Below are positions 30,557 through 39,868 of a DNA stretch of 64,000 nucleotides, in pieces. The DNA comes from an uncultured Candidatus Actinomarina sp. (lineage in GTDB: Bacteria > Actinomycetota > Acidimicrobiia > Actinomarinales > Actinomarinaceae). A model generated the notes under the pieces. That model was given only the letters and a program-made list of their open reading frames with translations, was not told the origin of the DNA and made no database searches. A program made the translations under genes and the position numbers. The DNA lies in contig CACAQC010000004.1 in assembly GCA_902534495.1 (NCBI GenBank), positions 5,657 through 69,656 on the forward strand, written 5' to 3'. The first letter of the stretch is position 1, and every line of letters starts with the position of its first letter.

Positions 30557-31658
30557 CGACCCTACAATGCATTATCCCAAGAGCTACAAAAATAGAAACC
30601 ATTGCCGTACCTCCATATGATACAAATGGCAATACAATTCCTGTTATTGGTAATAAGTATACAGAAGCGCCTAAATTTAAAACAGATTGAAAAAACACCC
30701 AAGCTCCTAGACCAGAAATAAATATCTTTTTAAATTCATTTTCTTCTCTTACGGCAATCAAAAAGAAACTAATTATGCATACTGAAAGAATAAATATAAA
30801 TATCAGATAACCAATAAAACCGTACTCTTCGCCAATAATTGCAGATATGAAGTCAGAATAAGCGCTTGGTAGAGATCCCCATCTTGCCCGTGAAGTGCCT
30901 GGACCTAATCCAAACATGCCTCCAGAACTGATTGCAATTCTACTTTGATGAACTTGAAAGCAAGCACCAAGGAGTTCTTGACCCTGATTGCAAATCCCCT
31001 CGCTCCAAACTCTTAGCCTCTCAGCTCTATAAAATTCTGATTCTATATAATACCTTCCAATGAACCACCCTACGATTGAAAATAAGGCTGGGTATATGAA
31101 TTTTATCTTTGAAAATAAAAATTGTATTAAAACTATGAAAGCAATAGTTGCAGTCGTCCCAAAATCAGGTTGAAGAAAAATTAGAATAATTGCTAACCCT
31201 GGAATAAATCCAGCTCGCAACAAAGTCTTCAAATCATGTTCCTGTATTTTATTATTTGACAAATGTCTTGCTACCCAAAGAATAATTATAGGTTTTGCTA
31301 ATTCACTAGGTTGGATTCTTATTGTACCAATATCTAACCATCGAGTACTACCAAAAAGATTTACACCCATGGTGGGTAGAATGAATAAAGCACCGAGCAT
31401 TGCTAGTACGATAGGTGTCAGAATTTTAAAAAAGTACAAATAATTGAATCTTTTAATCAAAAGAAACAGCCCTGTTCCAATTATTATGCCCAATCCATGA
31501 TTTGCAATCATGAAAAAACTATCTGAGTAAATTCTTTGAGACTCAACAGCTGTTGCAGAAGAAACTAAAAATACTCCAAAAATTAATAAAAGTATTACGG
31601 AAATTTCATTAAGTTTTTTCAAATATTCATCAAGATAGATTTTAAATTTCATTTTCAA
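30549..31658 (-). CDS. ftsW: SEDS-family peptidoglycan polymerase FtsW
   Basis: 369 aa, about 10 TM. Contains QPSELAKP and FVSYGGTAM. Confidence 0.9.
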   Translation of the reverse strand: MKMKFKIYLDEYLKKLNEISVILLLIFGVFLVSSATAVESQRIYSDSFFMIANHGLGIIIGTGLFLLIKRFNYLYFFKILTPIVLAMLGALFILPTMGVNLFGSTRWLDIGTIRIQPSELAKPIIILWVARHLSNNKIQEHDLKTLLRAGFIPGLAIILIFLQPDFGTTATIAFIVLIQFLFSKIKFIYPALFSIVGWFIGRYYIESEFYRAERLRVWSEGICNQGQELLGACFQVHQSRIAISSGGMFGLGPGTSRARWGSLPSAYSDFISAIIGEEYGFIGYLIFIFILSVCIISFFLIAVREENEFKKIFISGLGAWVFFQSVLNLGASVYLLPITGIVLPFVSYGGTAMVSIFVALGIMHCRVDE

Positions 31659-32835
31659 TCTCTCTTACTAGTTTTTTAAAAAAATTACCTCTGTCTTTGT
31701 AGTTTTTAAACTCATTGAAACTTGCACCTCCACAGGAAAAGAGAACAGTATCTCCATCATTCATCTCTGATTTAATTAAGTTTTTAATTTCATTGATAGA
31801 TTTATAATAAATTGTCTTTCCCTTAAAGTTATTTAAATCTAAATTCATCTCGGATTGTACAATAATTTTCTTTACTTCATTATTAAGTTTTAATTCTTTA
31901 CTGGGAATATTCTTGGTTAAACCATGAAGGACAAGAATTATATTTTTTGACCTATGTATAGCATTTGAAACAGCGTGAAGATTTGTAGCTTTTGAATCAT
32001 TTATAAAATTTATATTTCCACTAAACTTAACTTTCTCAAATCTATGCTCTAATTGATTCAAACCTACTAAGTATCTATGACATGCTTTTTCAATATTCTC
32101 TATTTGTAAATCTAATAAATAAATCAAATCTACGAAAGGCACTAACAAATCGTTTGACAAAGGTAAATTTATATCCTCAATCGATGAGAAAAGAGGGTTG
32201 GCATTTTCTTTATGTACGATATCCATATTCTCTCGAATTAATTCACTATAAACCAAAAGATTATTCTTTTTAGTAAATTTAACAATCTTGGACTTTGCGT
32301 CTAAATAATTTTGAAAATTACCATGCCAATCTAAATGATCACTTGCAATATTTAACACTACACCATAATCAAGCAACAAATTTCCAGAATAATACAGTTG
32401 ATAACTGGATAATTCTAATACGAGATAATCATAGATCTTTTTTATTGAATTCAATGGCGAGCTTCCAATGTTGCCTGATGATATTGCAGAATATCCATTT
32501 TTGTTTAAAAATTCTGTAACAATGTTAACAAATGATGTCTTGCCATTTGTTCCAGTTACTCCAATTATTTTTATACTTTTTTCTCGAAATTGTGTAAAGA
32601 GATCTAAATCAGTAGAAATTTTTATATTTTGAGACTTTATTTTTGATAAAAGTAAGTTATCTGGCGGAACACCTGGTGATACTATTACTTCATCAAATTC
32701 TGATAGTTGATTACTAATATCTGTATCTAATTCAGGGATATTATCATCGTAAATCTTGTAATCTATTTTATTTTTTATATAAAATTGCTCTACGGCTTTG
32801 CCTGTCTCCCCATATCCAAATATTAATTTTTTCAC
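31642..32835 (-). CDS. murD: UDP-N-acetylmuramoylalanine--D-glutamate ligase
   Basis: 397 aa. Contains GVTGTNGKTS and NDSKATN. Confidence 0.92.
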   Translation of the reverse strand: MKKLIFGYGETGKAVEQFYIKNKIDYKIYDDNIPELDTDISNQLSEFDEVIVSPGVPPDNLLLSKIKSQNIKISTDLDLFTQFREKSIKIIGVTGTNGKTSFVNIVTEFLNKNGYSAISSGNIGSSPLNSIKKIYDYLVLELSSYQLYYSGNLLLDYGVVLNIASDHLDWHGNFQNYLDAKSKIVKFTKKNNLLVYSELIRENMDIVHKENANPLFSSIEDINLPLSNDLLVPFVDLIYLLDLQIENIEKACHRYLVGLNQLEHRFEKVKFSGNINFINDSKATNLHAVSNAIHRSKNIILVLHGLTKNIPSKELKLNNEVKKIIVQSEMNLDLNNFKGKTIYYKSINEIKNLIKSEMNDGDTVLFSCGGASFNEFKNYKDRGNFFKKLVREIENEI

Positions 32836-33894
32836 TTAATTTCCAAACAAAACCCAGTCAGCATAAAAGAGTCCAAGACCCAGTACGACAAAAATTCCAT
32901 TAATAATCCAAAATCTAACAATTATTGTTGTTTCAGCCCAGTTTTTCATTTCAAAATGATGGTGCAATGGTGCCATCTTAAAAATTCTTTTTTTTCTATA
33001 TCTAAATGAAACAACTTGAATTATGACTGACCCAGCTTCTATTAAGAACAAAAAGCAAAAAAATACAAGCAATCCTTCTGCACCAAGTGATATCAATATC
33101 AACGGAAACATTGAACCAATAAAATGAGATCCCACATCACCCATAATTATTTTAGCTGGATTTGTGTTCCACCATAGAAATCCTAAACAAGCACCTGACA
33201 CTGATGAAATCAAAAGTGAAATATCAACAGTTAAAAATGAATCACTAACAAATTTTGAGTAATATTGTGGATGTCTATATATCCAAAATGAAATAACTAA
33301 TATACCAGCAAAGCTAATTGAGCTACTTCCCGCTACAAGACCATCTAGACCGTCTGTAAGATTAACTGCATTTGTTATGCCTACAAAGACAAGAACTATT
33401 AATACCCATTTAAAAAACCCAATATCAATGCCAAAGCCACTGAAAATATAAAATTGAGTCGAATAACCAAGATTGTAAATATATACAGCTGCTAGTAAAC
33501 CTGCTAAAAATTGTAGAACAAATTTTTGTTTGACCGTAAGACCTAAATTTCTATTACCTTTTACCTTTAAGTAGTCATCAACCAGCCCAACTAAAGCCAT
33601 TGCTATAGCGATAATTAATAAGGCTAAGACATCCTGATTAATACTTCTTAAAACAATCTCAAAACCTCTACCTATTGTCCAAAAGTTAATGTGTGAGACA
33701 AAAAATCCAAATGAAGTACCAATAATCAAGAATATTCCACCCATTGTAGGCGTTCCTTTTTTATGTTCGTGGTGAATAACTTCTTCTTGGATATTTTGCC
33801 CTATATTTCTACTCTTAAAATAATTTACTCCTAAATATGTAGATATAAGTACAAATAAAAAACTTAATCCTCCTGATACAATTATTCCAATCAT
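32836..33894 (-). CDS. mraY: Phospho-N-acetylmuramoyl-pentapeptide transferase
   Basis: 352 aa, multi-TM. Contains KGTPTMGG, NAVNLTDGLDGL and APLHHHFE. Confidence 0.95.
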   Translation of the reverse strand: MIGIIVSGGLSFLFVLISTYLGVNYFKSRNIGQNIQEEVIHHEHKKGTPTMGGIFLIIGTSFGFFVSHINFWTIGRGFEIVLRSINQDVLALLIIAIAMALVGLVDDYLKVKGNRNLGLTVKQKFVLQFLAGLLAAVYIYNLGYSTQFYIFSGFGIDIGFFKWVLIVLVFVGITNAVNLTDGLDGLVAGSSSISFAGILVISFWIYRHPQYYSKFVSDSFLTVDISLLISSVSGACLGFLWWNTNPAKIIMGDVGSHFIGSMFPLILISLGAEGLLVFFCFLFLIEAGSVIIQVVSFRYRKKRIFKMAPLHHHFEMKNWAETTIIVRFWIINGIFVVLGLGLFYADWVLFGN

Positions 33895-35288
33895 TTGATA
33901 CCTAACACTTCTTTAACAACTTGAATGTCAGCAAATTGAAACAACTTGTCTCCTATTTCTTGAAATTTTTCATGTCCCCTACCTAATACTAGTAGTGTGC
34001 TGTTTCCATCTAATAGGTTTACACCTTTGCTAATTGCTTCTCTTCTATCTAAAACAACTTCTACATTTTTCTTAAGATTAATTCCTTCAAGTATTTGTTT
34101 AGATATATCAAGCTGGTCTTCTTTTCTAGGGTTGTCATTTGTAATAATTATCTTATCTGCATGTTGCGATGCTTCTCCCATAAACTTTCTTTTTGATTTA
34201 TCACGATTTCCACCAGCTCCAAAAACTACAATTACATCTTTTCTATATCTTTCTTTTGTGTATTTAATTACTTTTTCTATTGCCTCAGGTGTATGGGAAT
34301 AATCAACTATGATTTCACCATTTTTATAATTGATAACTTCATATCTTCCATTTGGGTTTTTGAGGAGTGGAATTTGCTTTTTAAGTTCACCAATGTCTTT
34401 GACCTTTGAATAATAAGCCATACTAAAAGCCAATAAAAAATTATAAATAATTTCTGGTCCTGATATATGAAGTTTCGAGTTTATGTTGACGCCATCAATA
34501 TCAAAATCAATTGAATTATGACTATATGAATTGAGTTGAACTTTGTTATCATTTGTATTTCCGATAGATATTCCTCTGAAATCATATAGTGCGTTTAATT
34601 TTTCTCCATAGTCTGAAACTATGTATGCAAACTCTTCTGAAGTGTTTTTATTAAATAACTTTGTTTTTGCTTGAAAATACTCCTCCATTGAGTTGTGGTA
34701 ATCTAAATGATCTTGGCTTAAATTTGTAAATCCTGACATTTTGAAATGTAAACCATTCAATCTTTTCTGAGTTAATGCATGAGAAGATACCTCAAGAACT
34801 ACATTGGTTATATTTTTATCAAGCAAAGACAGCATTTTTACAAGATTAAATAATTTTGGCGTAGTTAGGTGTTTCTCATTAGTAAATTCAAAAAGATTAT
34901 CGTCATCAATTGTTCCAACAAAAATTGATGAATCTCCAAGGAGAGAATTCAATAAATAAGCTGTAGTTGTTTTTCCATTTGTCCCAGTAACACCAAAATA
35001 GGTTTTATTTTTATATGATGGATAAATGTTATATAAAACATCATCAAAAACTTTTTCGTAGTCTCCAAACTTGAATACCTTTTCACTGGAAATTTTAGAT
35101 TTTGAACTTGTTAAAATTTTATCTACATTTTTTTTCAATGCTTGGTTAATTAAATAATCAAGCTTATCTGCATCTTCATTATTAATACATAAAATTGAAT
35201 CATGTTTTATGTCGAGTGTTGAATTCACGATTAATGAATAATCTAAATTCAATCCTTGGTATTGTTCAAAATTGTAAATTTTATCCAT
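33891..35288 (-). CDS. murE: UDP-MurNAc-tripeptide synthetase, meso-DAP-adding type
   Basis: 465 aa. Contains GVTGTNGKTTT, HLTTP, EVSSHAL, FTNLSQDHLDYH, DYSHTPEA, GAGGNRDKSKR, and the DNPR motif (ITNDNPRKED) diagnostic of MurE rather than MurF. Confidence 0.9.
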   Translation of the reverse strand: MDKIYNFEQYQGLNLDYSLIVNSTLDIKHDSILCINNEDADKLDYLINQALKKNVDKILTSSKSKISSEKVFKFGDYEKVFDDVLYNIYPSYKNKTYFGVTGTNGKTTTAYLLNSLLGDSSIFVGTIDDDNLFEFTNEKHLTTPKLFNLVKMLSLLDKNITNVVLEVSSHALTQKRLNGLHFKMSGFTNLSQDHLDYHNSMEEYFQAKTKLFNKNTSEEFAYIVSDYGEKLNALYDFRGISIGNTNDNKVQLNSYSHNSIDFDIDGVNINSKLHISGPEIIYNFLLAFSMAYYSKVKDIGELKKQIPLLKNPNGRYEVINYKNGEIIVDYSHTPEAIEKVIKYTKERYRKDVIVVFGAGGNRDKSKRKFMGEASQHADKIIITNDNPRKEDQLDISKQILEGINLKKNVEVVLDRREAISKGVNLLDGNSTLLVLGRGHEKFQEIGDKLFQFADIQVVKEVLGIK

Positions 35289-36964
35289 TACTCTCCTGGT
35301 ACTAGATTGCTAACAATTGTTTTAAAGATTGGAGCAGCAGTTGAACCTCCTGTAACGTACTCAGATGCAGGATTTACAGAAGCTCCCCACAAAATTACAG
35401 ATCCAACAAAAGGTCCTTCTGATGTTTCAATAAAGCCTGTAAAAGAAGTATTGAATCTAAAATCTGAATATCCAACTCCTTCAATATGAGTCCTGCTAGT
35501 TCCAGTCTTTCCCCCTATGATATAATTATTTAGTTTTAATGACTTGCCTGTTCCATTAACACCCTCTACAACATTTATCAGCAGATTTCTTAATCTTTCT
35601 GACATTTCTGAACTGATTACTTGTTGAACATTTGAATTTTCTTGTGGTTTTTTAATTAATGACAAATTTATACTCTTACCGCCATTTGCAATAATACTGT
35701 ATGCTTTAACCATTTGAGCTTGAGTTACATTAACTGAATAACCTATAGATAATGAACTTAAACAAGTTTTACAAATATTGTATTCAGTAAAATTTCCTTT
35801 AATCTCACCTGTCAATTCGATACCTGTTCTTTCACCAAAACCAAATTTGTGAAGATAATCTTCTAGATAATTTATATCCAGATCTTTAGTTGCAAGAATT
35901 GTTCCAACGTTTGATGAGCGCTCTATTATTTCCTTGACAGAAATTTCATACGGATCATGCTTTAAAAAATCTCTATAACATCCTTTGAGACCATCGTAGT
36001 ATTTGTTACAAGAACCCTCTATGATTTCAATGGTATCGTTTACAAGATATTTTGTATTTTCATCAAATAATCCTTGCTCAATACCAGCTGCAATAGAAAA
36101 AATTTTTAATGAAGAACCCGGCTCGTATTGAGCTCTAATACTTAGTAAGTCTATGTTTAAACTATCTTGAAGATATGCACTTTTTTCAGCAGCAATTAAT
36201 ATTTCGCCTGTATTGGCGTTTGCAAAGACAATAGAGCAGTTTAATGCTTCTGTTTTGTCCAGTGCCTCAGAGCATAAATTTTCACTAATAAATTGTAGCT
36301 CGGAATCTAGGGTTAAAATTAAATCCTTTCCATGAGTTGGTTGAACTGTTTCAATCGGTGCTTGTGGAATAATTTTTCCATTTGGTGATGCTTCATACCT
36401 GACTTCACCATCTATTCCTTTAAGCGATGAATCAAAATAAAGTTCCAACCCTTCTATCCCGTTCTCATCAGGATCAACTTTTCCTATAATTTTTGAAACT
36501 GAATTAGAGTGTACAACTCGATTAAATGATTCTTCTAAAACCACACCCTCGAGATTCCAGCTTTTAATTTCATCTCCTTTTTCGTAATCTATATTTCTAT
36601 CAAGATAGAAAAAATTTGACGTAGAAACTATTCTTTTTTGTAATACATCTCTTTCTATAAATAGAATTGCGGATAGTAGGTTTAATACTTCATCTAAATT
36701 ATCAATTTTTTTTGGAAAAATTCCAACATTGTAAGATCTTGAGCTAGAAGATAATACCAAAAGATTTTTATCATAAATACTCCCCCTTGATGCTTTTATC
36801 TTTTCAGTTTTAACTCGATATGACAATGCTTGGTTTTTAAAATAATCAGAATTAGTAAATTGAAGATCATAAACTGTAGACATGAAAACATATGATGAAC
36901 CAAGAACTGTAAACAGTAAAACAAAGATTAAAAAATAATTTTTTAATCTTTGATAATTATTCAT
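35288..36964 (-). CDS. ftsI: Class B penicillin-binding protein (division transpeptidase)
   Basis: 558 aa with an N-terminal TM helix. Transpeptidase motifs SSLK (SxxK), SSN (SxN) and KTGT. Confidence 0.9.
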   Translation of the reverse strand: MNNYQRLKNYFLIFVLLFTVLGSSYVFMSTVYDLQFTNSDYFKNQALSYRVKTEKIKASRGSIYDKNLLVLSSSSRSYNVGIFPKKIDNLDEVLNLLSAILFIERDVLQKRIVSTSNFFYLDRNIDYEKGDEIKSWNLEGVVLEESFNRVVHSNSVSKIIGKVDPDENGIEGLELYFDSSLKGIDGEVRYEASPNGKIIPQAPIETVQPTHGKDLILTLDSELQFISENLCSEALDKTEALNCSIVFANANTGEILIAAEKSAYLQDSLNIDLLSIRAQYEPGSSLKIFSIAAGIEQGLFDENTKYLVNDTIEIIEGSCNKYYDGLKGCYRDFLKHDPYEISVKEIIERSSNVGTILATKDLDINYLEDYLHKFGFGERTGIELTGEIKGNFTEYNICKTCLSSLSIGYSVNVTQAQMVKAYSIIANGGKSINLSLIKKPQENSNVQQVISSEMSERLRNLLINVVEGVNGTGKSLKLNNYIIGGKTGTSRTHIEGVGYSDFRFNTSFTGFIETSEGPFVGSVILWGASVNPASEYVTGGSTAAPIFKTIVSNLVPGE

Positions 36965-37281
36965 TTACCAAAACCTAAAACAATTATAGGATTAGATTCT
37001 TCAACCAACTTGTAGGGTTTTACAAGATCAAAATTTTTCTTGTGAATATCTAATCTTTTAAAATTAATTTCTTTTGAAAGTTTTTCAATATTTCCAATTG
37101 AAAATTCTTCAGTATGTTTTAGATAAACCTTTGACTTTTCAATTTCAAGTTGTAAAATTTCATTGTTAATTTGCTCCAAATCGCTTGACAATTCATTAAT
37201 TTTTAAGTTGTAATACAAATCTGATAGCATTGACAAAATAAAAAAACTTGCCATTAACAACATAATATTTCTAAATTTCAT
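36961..37281 (-). CDS. ftsL: FtsL-like septation protein
   Basis: 106 aa with one TM helix followed by a coiled-coil. Canonical slot between rsmH and ftsI. Confidence 0.65.
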   Translation of the reverse strand: MKFRNIMLLMASFFILSMLSDLYYNLKINELSSDLEQINNEILQLEIEKSKVYLKHTEEFSIGNIEKLSKEINFKRLDIHKKNFDLVKPYKLVEESNPIIVLGFGK

Positions 37282-38192
37282 ATTTTCACAACATATCTCA
37301 AAGTAGCTGAAGTTGATCGTGAATTATTTTTGATTTCATCATCTGAGGGATATAATTTTTTATTATTACCAAATCTAAATTCTTGAATATTATCGCAATT
37401 GCAAATTGGTATTCTCGGATTGCAAACACATCTAACAGTTATATCATTAAAAATATCTTTAACGATTTTGTCTTCAAGAGAGTGGTAGGTCAAGCAAACA
37501 ATTACACCACCCGGTTTAATAAAGTTTTTAATTTTACTTATTGATAAAGTAATCTCTTCAAGTTCATTATTGATATAAATTCTTATTGCTTGAAAACATC
37601 TTTTTATTGTCTGATTGATATATTTTGGATTCTGTTTTCCTAATACATTTTTCAAAACTTTTGAAAGCTCTTCAGTAGATTTTAATGGCCTTGAATTATA
37701 AATTGCTTTTGCGATTTTACGAGAATTTTTTTCACCAGAATATTTATACAAAATATTCGCAATATCTTCTACTTCAAATTGATTTAATACCTCGTCTGCA
37801 GTAATTTTGTCATCTTGGTTCATTCTCATATCTAGTGGTCCCGAATTCAAATATGAAAATCCTCTATCTGAGTTATCAATTTGATGTGATGAGACACCAA
37901 AGTCATAAAAAACTCCAGATATATTTAAAATATTCTTAGAAGATAATAAATCAGTAATTTTCGAAAAATTTATATGTGAAATTTCATCTGAAGAATTATG
38001 AACAGCTTCGATATCCCTATCTATTCCTATAAACTCTAAGTGATTATTATTTTGCTTTAAGTAGTTAAAATGTGAACCATAACCATAAGTAGCATCGACA
38101 AATATTCCTGCAGGTGTATTAGATACTATCGAATTAACCTCGGATATCATTACTCCGTCATGCTTTAAGTAACCTACCCTGTTGTTATTCAT
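37278..38192 (-). CDS. rsmH: 16S rRNA (cytosine1402-N4)-methyltransferase
   Basis: 304 aa. Contains DATYGYGSH, DFGVSSHQID and LDMRM. Confidence 0.93.
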   Translation of the reverse strand: MNNNRVGYLKHDGVMISEVNSIVSNTPAGIFVDATYGYGSHFNYLKQNNNHLEFIGIDRDIEAVHNSSDEISHINFSKITDLLSSKNILNISGVFYDFGVSSHQIDNSDRGFSYLNSGPLDMRMNQDDKITADEVLNQFEVEDIANILYKYSGEKNSRKIAKAIYNSRPLKSTEELSKVLKNVLGKQNPKYINQTIKRCFQAIRIYINNELEEITLSISKIKNFIKPGGVIVCLTYHSLEDKIVKDIFNDITVRCVCNPRIPICNCDNIQEFRFGNNKKLYPSDDEIKNNSRSTSATLRYVVKI

Positions 38193-38194
38193 AC

Positions 38195-38271
38195 CCAGCT
38201 CTCTAGCACTGGCACCAATTGGAAAGTTGGGCGGAGTAAGGGTGTTCCAATTTAGTTGTCTAGAGAGCTGG
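38195..38271 (-). promoter_or_regulatory. Structured RNA element in the mraZ-rsmH spacer; candidate mraW RNA motif
   Basis: A perfect 12-bp outer helix (38195-38206 CCAGCTCTCTAG with 38260-38271 CTAGAGAGCTGG) encloses an 8-bp inner helix (38217-38224 AATTGGAA with 38245-38252 TTCCAATT) and a 20-nt G-rich loop. It is markedly more G+C-rich than its surroundings. It ends 2 nt from the rsmH ATG. Confidence 0.6.
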
Positions 38272-38279
38272 CTATGAAC

Positions 38280-38705
38280 TTATCCTTTCACTTCGTTTAT
38301 ATTTGCAAAGGCTTGATCAGCTTCGTTTTGAATTTTTTTCCAACTTCTAGTCGACCATACTTCCACAACAGGGCCTGAACCAGTTACAGTCACTTCTTCG
38401 TTGATATCAATTCCGCTATATACTCGCAAGTTTTCAGGTATTTGCACCCTTCCTGCTGAGTCTATTTTTACATCAATAGCACCACTGAATAAAGCCCTTC
38501 TTAATTGCCTTGATGTTCTATCTGTTGATGGAAGTGAAGCCATTTTTATTGCCTCCTCTTCCCAATTTGATTTAGTTAGTATTTGGAGACAGTTGTCTTG
38601 CCCCTTGGTGATCACACAGCCCTGTTGAAGCTCTTCTCTAAACTTGGATGGTATTACAACCCTACCTTTAGAGTCCATTGTATGTTGAAACTCACCAAGG
38701 AACAC
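38280..38705 (-). CDS. mraZ: Transcriptional regulator MraZ
   Basis: 141 aa with two SpoVT/AbrB-like repeats, each carrying DxxGR (MDSKGRVVIP and DSAGRVQIP). GTG start with GGAG 4 nt upstream. Confidence 0.93.
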   Translation of the reverse strand: MFLGEFQHTMDSKGRVVIPSKFREELQQGCVITKGQDNCLQILTKSNWEEEAIKMASLPSTDRTSRQLRRALFSGAIDVKIDSAGRVQIPENLRVYSGIDINEEVTVTGSGPVVEVWSTRSWKKIQNEADQAFANINEVKG

Positions 38706-38729
38706 TTTCTCCGCCTTTCGTGCCTTGAA

Positions 38730-38776
38730 CCACTTTTACACATTATATGACACTATCTACCACTTTGCAACACTTT
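38730..38776 (-). promoter_or_regulatory. mraZ promoter (TTGCAA-17 nt-TATAAT) overlapped by 10-bp-phased AAAGTG(G/T) direct repeats (candidate MraZ operator)
   Basis: The reverse strand reads AAAGTGT tgc AAAGTGG tag ATAGTGT cat ATAATGT gta AAAGTGG. The -35 is at 38770-38765 and the -10 at 38747-38742, with an exact 17-nt spacer. Confidence 0.6.
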
Positions 38777-38791
38777 TTAATAAAAATTTTT

Positions 38792-39304
38792 TTATGCTGA
38801 AATTAAATATTCTTCCCATGATGGATCTGGATTTGAACCAACGATTGTTTTTATCCAAAAAGCTCCTACAGGTCTTTGAGGATTTCTTTTTAGTTTTAAC
38901 CTTGTATCTGTGAGATCTTTATCGGCTTTAATTAAATTGCATTTTTTACAACAAGCAACAACATTATCCCAGATATGTTCACCTCCTTTAGACTTAGGTA
39001 TAATATGGTCTACTGATTCTGCTTGGGATCCACAATATTGACAAGTATAAAAATCTCTTATGAAGATATTTTCCTTATTCAATGCAACTCTCCTTGAGTA
39101 AGGTGCATTCACAAAATAATTCAATAATGCAACATTAGGTAAAGCAATCCTTTTACTTTCTGATTTAAATATTATTTCAGAATCATTTATAGAATTTATT
39201 TTTTTGTTTATTAATAACGATATTGCTCTATTGAACGGAACCACAGATAGCGGCTGGTAAGTGGAATTTAGAATAAGAGTTCTGTGGCTACGATATTTTT
39301 CCAT
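38792..39304 (-). CDS. HNH endonuclease-family protein
   Basis: 170 aa. Contains CQYCGSQAESVDHIIPKSKGGEHIWDNVVACCKKCNLIKADK (HNH with a CxxC...CxxC zinc site). Confidence 0.8.
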   Translation of the reverse strand: MEKYRSHRTLILNSTYQPLSVVPFNRAISLLINKKINSINDSEIIFKSESKRIALPNVALLNYFVNAPYSRRVALNKENIFIRDFYTCQYCGSQAESVDHIIPKSKGGEHIWDNVVACCKKCNLIKADKDLTDTRLKLKRNPQRPVGAFWIKTIVGSNPDPSWEEYLISA

Positions 39305-39326
39305 AAGTTAATATGAAGTAAAAATT

Positions 39327-39818
39327 CTATGCTTGCAGTTGTTGACTAAGTACATCATCTTCTACTTTAGTCAATAAATTTAAAAATCTTTCTTTATCTA
39401 ACTCAAATTTTGATACATCATCTTTAACTTCTTTTGTGATGTTATCAATTGTCTCAAAAAATGTAAGTTGTCCATTTTTAAGAGCATCGAGCACCTCATC
39501 ATCATCAACAGAATAAATTGTGCTTCCATCTGAAACTAATTTTACTTCAGATAAATGTTGAATCAAATCACCATTTTTTGACAAGTATCTCCATGCTCTC
39601 CTAACTCTTTGAATACTCATTCCATTATCAAGTAAAGTTTTAATTACTCTTAATGCAACAATATCTCTAAAAGAATACATCTTAGGAACACCAGGTTTTC
39701 CATTTGATGATTGTATTGAAGGATTTACAAGGTTTACTTTGTCCCAGTATCTTAATTGATGAGATGTGCAGCCAGATAAATAACAAGCTTGCTTAGATGT
39801 AAATGCATCTTTTTTCAA
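39327..39818 (-). CDS. MerR-family helix-turn-helix transcriptional regulator
   Basis: 163 aa. N-terminal FTSKQACYLSGCTSHQLRYWDKVNLVNP...YSFRDIVALRVIKTLLDNGMSIQRV. Confidence 0.7.
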   Translation of the reverse strand: MKKDAFTSKQACYLSGCTSHQLRYWDKVNLVNPSIQSSNGKPGVPKMYSFRDIVALRVIKTLLDNGMSIQRVRRAWRYLSKNGDLIQHLSEVKLVSDGSTIYSVDDDEVLDALKNGQLTFFETIDNITKEVKDDVSKFELDKERFLNLLTKVEDDVLSQQLQA

Positions 39819-39868
39819 AACCTTACTCCTATAAAAAAATTGATGTATATTTAATTTAATTAAAAGTT

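Noticed and set aside
38792-39818. HNH endonuclease plus MerR-like regulator as a possible mobile or defence module
   Set aside because: There is no adjacent methyltransferase, recombinase, repeats or compositional shift. Small HNH proteins of this architecture and a DUF3040 neighbour are, as far as I recall, conserved housekeeping-context genes near the actinobacterial dcw cluster.
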